Made by a program: the position numbers and the translations under genes
Shown: positions 28,910 through 37,200 of the stretch, in pieces
Layout of the letters: every line of letters begins with the position of its first letter
Numbering within the stretch: position 1 is the stretch's first letter
Origin: Waddliaceae bacterium
Lineage (GTDB): Bacteria; Chlamydiota; Chlamydiia; Chlamydiales; SLFE01
DNA: 64,000 bases
Direction of reading: 5' to 3'
Assembly (NCBI GenBank): GCA_963783885.1
Contig: CAWAPJ010000008.1
Span: 64,001-128,000 of the forward strand
The notes under the pieces: generated by a model
The model's database searches: none
What the model saw: only the letters and a program-made list of their open reading frames with translations
Told to the model about the DNA's origin: nothing

Positions 28910-29533
28910 ATGGACGAAAACTCTAAGAAGCCGGTAAGCGGAAAAGTTGAAAAAGAGAAAGAAGAGGAGCTTGCGGGCCTTGGCGACTTAAGCGCTATGG
29001 GCGGACTTGTCGACCTCTTTAGCGGATTGTTTACCGGCGGACGTGAAGAAGGAGCAGGGGCGGTAATCACCCCGTCAGAAATTTCCGGAAAGTCTTTTTT
29101 GCATTGGACAGATTTGCCGCATGTCAAAGAGCTTAAATTAAAATATTGCACGAACCTGTCGGATAAAGAGTTGAAGTCTCTTCTTAACCTCTCCAATTTG
29201 GAAGTGCTGGATTTGAGCGGATCGCATATTACGGGAGATGCGTTCAAATACACGAAGGATTTTACGTCGGTACGGGAATTGATCTTATTCAACTGCCCTT
29301 TTTTAAATGATAAGGGCTTGAAGCATTTGAGCCACCTTCCCAATCTTGAAGTGCTTAAAATTTCAGGGGCGCTGATCACCGGCTCCTGCTTTAAGGAATG
29401 GAAGCCTTTAAAAAATCTTAGAGAACTGGTGATTGCCGGCTGTCCGAAGCTTGTCGATAAGAATCTACGTTATCTCAATGAACTCACTGCCCTTGAAAAG
29501 ATTGATCTGTCAGCTCAATCCCCAGCTCCATGA
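28910..29533 (+). CDS. Leucine-rich repeat protein (cysteine-containing, AMN1-like)
   Basis: Alternating repeats LxxLxLxxCxxLxD and LEVLDLSGSxITG. Confidence 0.8.
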   Translation: MDENSKKPVSGKVEKEKEEELAGLGDLSAMGGLVDLFSGLFTGGREEGAGAVITPSEISGKSFLHWTDLPHVKELKLKYCTNLSDKELKSLLNLSNLEVLDLSGSHITGDAFKYTKDFTSVRELILFNCPFLNDKGLKHLSHLPNLEVLKISGALITGSCFKEWKPLKNLRELVIAGCPKLVDKNLRYLNELTALEKIDLSAQSPAP

Positions 29534-31286
29534 ACTGCTGACGGTCAACAGTTGAGGGGCTGTCCATCATCAGGTCGGCGGCTTTTTGTGTTTTCGGAAA
29601 CGCAATCACATCCCGAATATTATCAGTATTAGTCAGGATCATCATCACCCTGTCGAAGCCTAGGGCAATGCCAAGATGTGGGGGAGTTCCGTATTTCAGG
29701 GCCTCGATGAAAAAGCCGAAGCGATGCACGAGGTCCTCTTCGGAAAGATTCAACAGCTCGAAAATACGGTGTTGAAGATCACTGTTGTGGATCCTTTGCG
29801 ATCCGGAGGCGATTTCATAGCCGTTTAAGACCAGGTCATAGCTCGATGACCGCACCTTAAGCGGATCGGAATCCATCAGCGGGATGTCCTCTTCCAGGGG
29901 GGACGTAAATGGGTGGTGCTCGGTTTCCAGCCGGTGTGCCTCTTGGTCCCATTGAAAAAGAGGAAAATCGGTGACCCAGAGAAACTCGTAGCGGGTCTCG
30001 TCGATTAGATCGCGATCTTTGGCGATTTTCCGACGAAGGTGGTCGAGGCCCTGGTTGCTGCGTCTCTTTTCGTCTGCAATCATGAAAATCAGGTCGCCGG
30101 GGCAGCATTGAAATCTTTTTATCAACTCGCTTTGAAGTTCTTCGGAGAAAAATTTCACAATGCTGGAAGTAAGCGAGCCGTTTTCGGACACTTTCATCCA
30201 GGCCAGCCCTTTGATTCCGAAATGACCGACAAACTCGGTGTACTGGTCGATCTCCTTTCGAGAGATATCCGCCCCTCCTTTGACGCAAAGTCCCTTGACA
30301 ATGCCACCGCTCTTCAGTTGTTCTTTAAAGACGGAAAATGTCGATCTTTCGGCGATATCACCGACGTTGACAAGAGGCATATCAAATCGCAAATCGGGTT
30401 TGTCGGTTCCGTAATTGTCCAGGCACCAAGCGTACGTTTGCTGTCTGAATTTCGCAGGAATGGATGCTCCTTTGCACTCCATAAAAATTTTTGCGCAGAG
30501 GGTTTCAACGAGAGGAAACAGCTCCTCTCGGGTGCTGAAGCTCATTTCAAGGTCGACTTGTGTAAATTCAGGTTGCCGCTCGGCCCTCAAGTCCTCGTCG
30601 CGAAAGCAGGAGGCGATTTGAAAGTAGCGGTCCATGCCCGAGATCATCAAAAGCTGTTTAAAAATCTGGGGCGATTGAGGGAGGGCATAGAAATTTCCCG
30701 GGTAGATGCGAGAGGGTACAAGGTAGTCGCGAGCTCCTTCCGGTGTTGATTTTCCCAAAATGGGAGTGGCTATCTCGAGAAACCCTTCCGAGCTTAAGTA
30801 ATTTCTTGCGGTCTGCAAAGCTTTGTGGCGCATGATGAGCTTTTTGGCGATATCTCCGCGGCGCAGATCCAGGTAGCGGTATTTTAAACGTATTTCCTCA
30901 TTGACATTGATGAATTCATCGGAAATTGAAAATGGAGGAGTTTTGGATTTCGAGAGAACTTCAATCTCTGCTATCGCCACTTCGATTTCGCCGGTATAGA
31001 GGTTGGGATTGGTCATCCCTTCAGCGCGGGGAATCACCTCTCCTTTGACGGCGATGACATATTCTGAACGGAGTTTTTCCGCTTCTTTATGGGCCTCGGG
31101 ATTCTTTTCGGGATCAAAGACAAGCTGCGTGATTCCATATCGATCTCTTAGGTCGATAAAGATGAGCCCTCCGTGGTCGCGCCGGCGGCTCACCCATCCA
31201 GCCAAAGTCACTTGCTGGCCGATCATGGAGGCGGTCAAAGTTCCGCAGTTATATGTTCTAATTTTTTTCACTGTCTTTCGGTTCAT
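29484..31286 (-). CDS. aspS: Aspartate--tRNA ligase
   Basis: RRDHGGLIFIDLRD, TPEGARDYLVPSR, LPQSPQ, FRDEDLR, GTPPHLGIALGFDR. Confidence 0.97.
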   Translation of the reverse strand: MNRKTVKKIRTYNCGTLTASMIGQQVTLAGWVSRRRDHGGLIFIDLRDRYGITQLVFDPEKNPEAHKEAEKLRSEYVIAVKGEVIPRAEGMTNPNLYTGEIEVAIAEIEVLSKSKTPPFSISDEFINVNEEIRLKYRYLDLRRGDIAKKLIMRHKALQTARNYLSSEGFLEIATPILGKSTPEGARDYLVPSRIYPGNFYALPQSPQIFKQLLMISGMDRYFQIASCFRDEDLRAERQPEFTQVDLEMSFSTREELFPLVETLCAKIFMECKGASIPAKFRQQTYAWCLDNYGTDKPDLRFDMPLVNVGDIAERSTFSVFKEQLKSGGIVKGLCVKGGADISRKEIDQYTEFVGHFGIKGLAWMKVSENGSLTSSIVKFFSEELQSELIKRFQCCPGDLIFMIADEKRRSNQGLDHLRRKIAKDRDLIDETRYEFLWVTDFPLFQWDQEAHRLETEHHPFTSPLEEDIPLMDSDPLKVRSSSYDLVLNGYEIASGSQRIHNSDLQHRIFELLNLSEEDLVHRFGFFIEALKYGTPPHLGIALGFDRVMMILTNTDNIRDVIAFPKTQKAADLMMDSPSTVDRQQFMELGIELTDQSFQGQ

Positions 31287-32727
31287 TGATTAAGGTTTTG
31301 ATTTCTTCTAGCCGCTGATGAAATTTTTCCGTCATTTTTCTCGTTTCTTTCAGAGAGTTTTGGATGTCGTCCAAAAAGAATCCGGCTGTTTCGCTATCTT
31401 CAAACGGGCGATCCATTTCCTCCCAAAGGGCTATAAAGGCTTGCGTTCTTTCGACAATCTTTAAAATATTCGGCAATGAGCGGAGGGGGGTTGTTTGAGT
31501 TTTTCCAGAATCCATGTGCTTCAATTCAACAGTATGGCTCTCGAGTTCGGCATCGCCGATAACAGCGGTATACTTGGCCCTGATCTGATTGGCAAGCTGC
31601 ATGGCTTTGCCGAGCTTGCGGCCGGAAAAGTCCATTTGAGTCGAAATGCCTTCTTGCCTCAGCCTGTGAAGCAGTTGAAAAGAGAAATTTTTGGCATCGT
31701 CTCCAATCGGAATAATGTAGAGAGTCGGGCGAACTTTTTCTGGGATATAGGCTCCCTGCTTGATCATGGTCTGAATGATTCTTTCCATTCCCGATCCGAA
31801 GCCGGCGGCGGGAAGGTCGGAACCCTTCATCATTTTGAGCATGCCGTCATACCGTCCGCCTCCGCCAAGGCTGCTTTGAGCGCCAATATCCGAGGTAATC
31901 ACTTCAAATACCACTTCATTATAGTAGTCAAGTCCTCTGACGAGCAAGGGATTGACGGTATAGGGGATTTTAATCGCGTCAAGTTTTTCTCTGACAGCTT
32001 TGAAATGATCGCTGCTTTCGCTGTCTATGAAGTCGAGTATGGAAGGGGCATTGGCGACAAGCTCTAAGTCTTTTTCATCTTTGGAGTCCAGGATGCGGAG
32101 AGGATTGATTTCAAAGCGTTTTTGGCTCTCTTTTGACAGTTTGTCGAAATAAGGCTTCAGATAGTCCTTCAAGCTCGCGGCGAATTTGTCTCTGACGTTT
32201 TTGTCTCCGATGCAGTTAATGTGGATGTCGAGGTTGTTCAGCCCCAGGCGCTGAAGGAGAGTATACAGCAGGTCGATCACTTCGACATCCTGTTCGGGTG
32301 ACCGGTTGCCGATGGTTTCTACTCCGAATTGATGGTGCTGCCGGTACCGTCCTGCCTGCGGACGGTCGTAGCGGAACATGGGAGCGATATAAAAGAATTT
32401 TTGGTGCTGCCCGAGATTAGCCAGGTTGTTTTCGATAAAAGAGCGCATAACGGGCGCTGTTCCTTCAGGCCTCAAAGCCATCAGGCGGTCTCCTTTGTCC
32501 TTAAAGAGATACATTTCTTTTGAAACGATGTCGGATTCCTCTCCGGAGCTTCTGGTAAACACCTCGGCTCGTTCGAAGATCGGGGTGCGGATTTCGCTAT
32601 AGCCATATTCCCGGGCTGTCATCCGAATGATCATTTCAACATAATTCCAGACATGACTGCAGCGCCAGAGTTCCTTGGGATCTTCGGGGAGAATATCAAA
32701 AAGGCCGGTGGGAATCTTGTAACTCAT
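31258..32727 (-). CDS. hisS: Histidine--tRNA ligase with C-terminal helical extension
   Basis: KEMY, LRPEGTA, FRYDRPQAGRYRQ, LVRGLDYY, GGGRYD. Confidence 0.97.
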   Translation of the reverse strand: MSYKIPTGLFDILPEDPKELWRCSHVWNYVEMIIRMTAREYGYSEIRTPIFERAEVFTRSSGEESDIVSKEMYLFKDKGDRLMALRPEGTAPVMRSFIENNLANLGQHQKFFYIAPMFRYDRPQAGRYRQHHQFGVETIGNRSPEQDVEVIDLLYTLLQRLGLNNLDIHINCIGDKNVRDKFAASLKDYLKPYFDKLSKESQKRFEINPLRILDSKDEKDLELVANAPSILDFIDSESSDHFKAVREKLDAIKIPYTVNPLLVRGLDYYNEVVFEVITSDIGAQSSLGGGGRYDGMLKMMKGSDLPAAGFGSGMERIIQTMIKQGAYIPEKVRPTLYIIPIGDDAKNFSFQLLHRLRQEGISTQMDFSGRKLGKAMQLANQIRAKYTAVIGDAELESHTVELKHMDSGKTQTTPLRSLPNILKIVERTQAFIALWEEMDRPFEDSETAGFFLDDIQNSLKETRKMTEKFHQRLEEIKTLINEPKDSEKN

Positions 32728-32773
32728 AGTTCATCGATATTACAAAAATTTGCATTTATTATGAAGAGGGAAT

Positions 32774-34564
32774 TTAGTGAAGAGCCGTTCCTGGTGTCAC
32801 CTTGCCTTCAGGCGATAGGATTTTTCCGGAAGCTTGAATGAGGGGGTTGTAGGGCAGTTTCATTTTTCTGTTGATAGAAGTCTTTTTCATATATGCCAGG
32901 AGGCCTGAAGATTTCAGGCTGAAGATAAATTGTTTTTTCGTCAGAGTCTTTCTGCGGAGCACGTATTCTTTATAAAGGCGGCTTAAACTGTGACTGATCG
33001 TGCGCTGCTGGCTGAGGTCGGTTTCCTGGTATTTTTGCAAGTAGCTGACAAGCTTTTCTTTAAAATTCTTATTCGGCTGATCGTTGTTGCTGCTGATTAA
33101 CTCGTAAATTTTCACACCGATCTCTTTTAAGGCATGTTTTCTTGCCTTGTTCAGATTCGCCATTTTCTGATTGAGTTCCGAATGGAAAGTGATCGAAGGG
33201 AGGCTTGTATTCAGTGCGATTTGTTTTTGCGGCTCAGCGTTCCGGCTCATGACAAGGAGTTCGGTTTTGCCGGGAAGATGGGTTTTTTTATCATAGGTAA
33301 AGTAGCCGACTAAAAGGCGCTGGACATCGATGTAGCCGCTGAGATTTTTATAGGCTTTCACTGCGGTCTTCATCCCTTCGGTTGTGTAAAAGACCAGGTT
33401 GGGCGTTGAGATCATGCGGTTTAAGTCCTGCAGATAATCGCTTGTGATCCCGCTTTCAAGAGCGTCGATCAGCAAAGGTTCGGTAATTTTGTAGTAGCGG
33501 GGGGCATTATAGACCAGATTTTGCGCTCCGGGGGCGATGATTTTCAACTCTTCCGGAGGAGTGAACTGAGCTTTCGGATCGGATTTGCCCAGCCTGTCGA
33601 TGGGAATGAGCCTCCCTTCATTGACAAGCAGCGCGATCCGTTTCATTGTCGCCGCGTTCAAGTCGTTGGCGTTGAAAATAATCCTGTTCAACGGTTGGAT
33701 ATCCCTTACTTTCCTAAGCTCCATCTGAGTCGAGTCGATGACAATCGAATCTTTAGGGCTGAACCATCTGATGAAACTGGGTTTGGGCTGCGCGAGGAGG
33801 AGAAAGCGCGACGCGTCATGGTTTGTGTAGATTCTGAGGATATAGGGGAAGTCGGCAAAGTTCCCTTGAGAATCTATGTTGCAGCAGGTGCGGGAGGATT
33901 TGGGGATGATCTGCCCCAGGATTTGTTCGAGGAATATAGGGTCCGACCAATTGCGGTTGGGAGGTTTGATGCTTTGGGTTTTGGCATAAAAAAGGGCCAT
34001 CGCTGCGTCGGAAAGTCCTCTTGCAGCTCTGAGCTCCTCTTCATCGGTTTTGGCGTGGCTGCTGAAGTAAAGAGTGAACGCCGCAGCACTGACAAGGAGT
34101 AAAATCGCCGCGGCAGAGACGCTTACCCAGAAAGGACCCTTGGGAGGATTATCGCCGCTTTTGTTTTCTTCGGGAGCCTCTTCGAGAGAATCGACTTCTT
34201 TCATCAGTAGCGAGACATCGCCGGCAGTCGATTGTGCGGCTTTTGTCGAAACGGAGCCTTCCTGGACAAGGTCGTCAATTTTATGAACAACCACTTCCAC
34301 ATCGTGAAACATCAAAATAGTGCCTTCTCTGAGAGTGCGCCTTCCGAAAGGAAAGTCGTTGTATTTAACGAGGGGATCGTTGGCCAGATTATGGATGGTA
34401 TAGCGTCCTCCCTCTTCAATGATCTTGGCATGAGGCGTCTCGAGTTTTTCTAGGGGCAAAGGGATATCGACATCGGATGAGGATTTCGGACCAAAGGTGA
34501 TCTCGCGTTTTGCAGAGCAAAATTTTTTTTCGCTTTCATTATGCTTAATTATCAGCGTGATCAT
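32774..34564 (-). CDS. Membrane protein with N-terminal FHA-like domain
   Basis: ITFG...HAKI...YTIHNL...N...L.EG beta-sandwich pattern; one TM helix; large C-terminal domain; GAGGGG before ATG 34564. Confidence 0.65.
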   Translation of the reverse strand: MITLIIKHNESEKKFCSAKREITFGPKSSSDVDIPLPLEKLETPHAKIIEEGGRYTIHNLANDPLVKYNDFPFGRRTLREGTILMFHDVEVVVHKIDDLVQEGSVSTKAAQSTAGDVSLLMKEVDSLEEAPEENKSGDNPPKGPFWVSVSAAAILLLVSAAAFTLYFSSHAKTDEEELRAARGLSDAAMALFYAKTQSIKPPNRNWSDPIFLEQILGQIIPKSSRTCCNIDSQGNFADFPYILRIYTNHDASRFLLLAQPKPSFIRWFSPKDSIVIDSTQMELRKVRDIQPLNRIIFNANDLNAATMKRIALLVNEGRLIPIDRLGKSDPKAQFTPPEELKIIAPGAQNLVYNAPRYYKITEPLLIDALESGITSDYLQDLNRMISTPNLVFYTTEGMKTAVKAYKNLSGYIDVQRLLVGYFTYDKKTHLPGKTELLVMSRNAEPQKQIALNTSLPSITFHSELNQKMANLNKARKHALKEIGVKIYELISSNNDQPNKNFKEKLVSYLQKYQETDLSQQRTISHSLSRLYKEYVLRRKTLTKKQFIFSLKSSGLLAYMKKTSINRKMKLPYNPLIQASGKILSPEGKVTPGTALH

Positions 34565-34675
34565 TGACCCCTCGGATCGATACAAAATTAGTGCTTAGTT
34601 CTACCACATTTTATATTTTAACGAAAAGCGGCATGAGGAGTTTGACAAAAAGCGCAATTAGAGAACAACGCCTAG

Positions 34676-34831
34676 ACCCTGATTGCTACCTAAACCTCAG
34701 CTAGAGCTTACACGAGTATTCCAGATACAACTGTAGCGTCGACGGCAAGGGTAATCCCTTGCCAAGTCGCTACACGCAGTAGATGGTGTGCTCGTGTAAG
34801 CTCTAGCTGAGGTTTAGGTAGCAATCAGGGT
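34676..34831 (+). mobile_element. 156-nt IS982-derived hairpin MITE with 5-bp target duplication CCTAG
   Basis: 41-nt perfect inverted arms matching the IS982 right end with one substitution; apex ggcaagggtaatcccttgcc identical to 42578-42597; cctag at 34671-34675 and 34832-34836. Confidence 0.93.
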
Positions 34832-34921
34832 CCTAGAGCCATTAACGAAACGAAATACTTATTTTAAAATTCTTAAGTTGTGAATCTAAACAATTAGAAG
34901 GCACTGCAAATCAATAAACTA

Positions 34922-34950
34922 TTGACAATAAATGTGATATATAGTAAATT
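34922..34950 (+). promoter_or_regulatory. Sigma70/66-type promoter
   Basis: TTGACA-N17-TAAATT followed by AAGGAG and ATG 34977. Confidence 0.55.
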
Positions 34951-34976
34951 TTTATTGTTAAATAAGGAGATTATTT

Positions 34977-35693
34977 ATGTATTTGACTCCCCCGCATTCA
35001 CCAAAACATACTGAAATTGAAAGACCAAGACGAGGTCAAAAGAGGGCTCCGTCTCATAGACTGAATCTCTACACAGATCCGAAGACGAATAAGAAAATTT
35101 TGAAAACCAAAACTTCTACTCTGGTCCTGAAGTCATTTGCCGATGGGGAATTTCATAAGGTTTGGGAAGTCGAGGGGAAGCCGGGCATTTTGATTAAGAC
35201 GCCGCATTTTAAAAGGCGCAGGCAAGAGATCGAACAGTGTTCAAAAGACACAAAATCAGCCTATGATACCCTTTCAAAACGAACAGATCTTCGGGTTGCC
35301 AAAATTACTACATGGATCGAGGACGAGGGTTATTCCATAGTCGAAAGAGTCGATGGAATTCCACCTTTAGCAAATATACGTCCTCTTCTTGCGAAAATGA
35401 TCACAGATCCAAAGCAATGCTATATAGAGGATTTCATGCCGAGAAACATTCGTGCCGACAGCAATGGGACAGTTGTTGTCATTGACCCTACCAGAAACTA
35501 TAACGAGCTGTCATCACAAGATGATAGGGAAGAAATGGCGCTGAAGATCGCCGATTATTATAGAGCTTGGGCTGATGAAAATGCCAAAATCTATCTAAAA
35601 GAGGATATTAACGTCAATGTGCTGTTAGAACTTTCAAAAGATCTCTTCAATCGTGTTGATCAGAGGCTATCAATCGTGAAAGGGTGTTCTTGA
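34977..35693 (+). CDS. Atypical protein-kinase-like protein, possible effector
   Basis: FADGEFHKVW (Gly-loop-like), ILIK, DFMPRNI (catalytic-loop-like), VVIDP. Confidence 0.6.
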   Translation: MYLTPPHSPKHTEIERPRRGQKRAPSHRLNLYTDPKTNKKILKTKTSTLVLKSFADGEFHKVWEVEGKPGILIKTPHFKRRRQEIEQCSKDTKSAYDTLSKRTDLRVAKITTWIEDEGYSIVERVDGIPPLANIRPLLAKMITDPKQCYIEDFMPRNIRADSNGTVVVIDPTRNYNELSSQDDREEMALKIADYYRAWADENAKIYLKEDINVNVLLELSKDLFNRVDQRLSIVKGCS

Positions 35694-35831
35694 TCAATCC
35701 TCCTTCCTACTCTTGAAGCATGTCTCACCAAATACTTACGTCGGAAAAATAAAAATTGCCCGATTGAGGGTGGAATTTTTTGCTAAAATTTCTTATACTG
35801 TAGAATGTTTAATCATAATTTTTAAGGGAAG

Positions 35832-37184
35832 ATGATTACTCAGGTTTTTGGTTTCTTCAAGGCGGCAAGCCCTGCCCGGCCGATAAACGACGAAGCTGCG
35901 GTTAAAAACCAATACCGCTATTGGCGCCTACGCATTTTCTACTCGATGTTTATCGGCTACGTATTCTACTATTTCACCCGCTACAGCTATATTGCCGCCC
36001 TTCCCGCTCTGATGGCCGATCTTGGATATGAAAAAGTGCAGCTTGGCCATTTGGGGACAGTTTTTGCCCTCACTTATGGGCTGAGCAAATTTGTCAGCGG
36101 CATCCTTTCAGACCGGTCCAACCCCCGCTATATAATGGCTGCCGGGTTGATTGTCACCGGCTTTGTGAATATTTTCTTCGGCATGTCTTCTTCCATCGTG
36201 ATTTTTGCTCTGCTCTGGGGAATTAACGGATGGTTTCAAGGCTTCGGCTGGCCTCCCTGCGCCCGCCTCCTCACCCACTGGTATTCTCAAAACGAGAGAG
36301 GGGGATGGTGGTCGACGTGGAATGCCTCGCACAATGTCGGAGGGCTCGCGATTCGTTTTCTGGCCGCGGGATGCACCGCGTATCTCGGCTGGCGCTATGC
36401 TATGTATGTTCCGGGAGTTTTGTGTGTTTTGATGGGATTTTTTCTGATCAACCGATTAAGAGATACTCCTCAGTCTTTGGGGCTTCCCTCTATTGAAAAG
36501 TTTCGAAATGATTATGGTGCTCTCTCGGAAAAAGAAGTTGAAGAGGAAGAAAGGGAACTTTCAACTAAAGAAATTCTTTTCGGGCATGTTCTGCTGAACC
36601 CCTATATTTGGCTTTTGGCCCTTGCGTATTTTCTCGTTTATGTCGTTAGGATCGGCGTTGTCACCTGGGGGGTTCTTTTTCTTGTCGAATCAAAGGGGTA
36701 TTCCAATATATCGGCGAATTTCTGCTTGTCACTTTTTGAAATTGGAGGGTTTTGCGGAAGCTTGTCCGCCGGCTGGATCTCTGACAGGATTTTCAGGGCC
36801 AGACGAGGTCCGGTCAATGTTCTTTTTGCGCTGGCGATGCTCATTTCCATAGGTTTTTTATGGTTTGTTCCACCAGGTTTTTATTGGATGGATTGGGCCG
36901 GAATGATTCTTGTTGGATTTAGTGTTTTTGGTCCGCAAATGATGATCGGAATGGCCGCCGCCGAGCTGGCGCATAAAAAGGCTTCGGCGACAGCCACAGG
37001 ATTTATCGGTTGGTTTGGCTATTTGGGAGCGGCCGCTGCGGGATATCCGCTTGCCAGGATTGCTCAAGATTGGGGGTGGGGAGGTTTTTATTTTGCCTTG
37101 GCATTTTGCTGCCTGGCTTCTATTCTCTTTCTCCTTCCTCTTTGGCCGGCGGGCGCCCGCAGGGCAGAGCCGACGCCGGCTTAA
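35832..37184 (+). CDS. uhpC: Hexose-phosphate:phosphate antiporter, MFS OPA family
   Basis: YWRLRIF, YYFTR, YGLSKF, SDRSNPR, FQGFGWPPC, WNASHNVGG, FGPQMMIG. Confidence 0.93.
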   Translation: MITQVFGFFKAASPARPINDEAAVKNQYRYWRLRIFYSMFIGYVFYYFTRYSYIAALPALMADLGYEKVQLGHLGTVFALTYGLSKFVSGILSDRSNPRYIMAAGLIVTGFVNIFFGMSSSIVIFALLWGINGWFQGFGWPPCARLLTHWYSQNERGGWWSTWNASHNVGGLAIRFLAAGCTAYLGWRYAMYVPGVLCVLMGFFLINRLRDTPQSLGLPSIEKFRNDYGALSEKEVEEEERELSTKEILFGHVLLNPYIWLLALAYFLVYVVRIGVVTWGVLFLVESKGYSNISANFCLSLFEIGGFCGSLSAGWISDRIFRARRGPVNVLFALAMLISIGFLWFVPPGFYWMDWAGMILVGFSVFGPQMMIGMAAAELAHKKASATATGFIGWFGYLGAAAAGYPLARIAQDWGWGGFYFALAFCCLASILFLLPLWPAGARRAEPTPA

Positions 37185-37200
37185 CATTTAGGGGGGAAGT

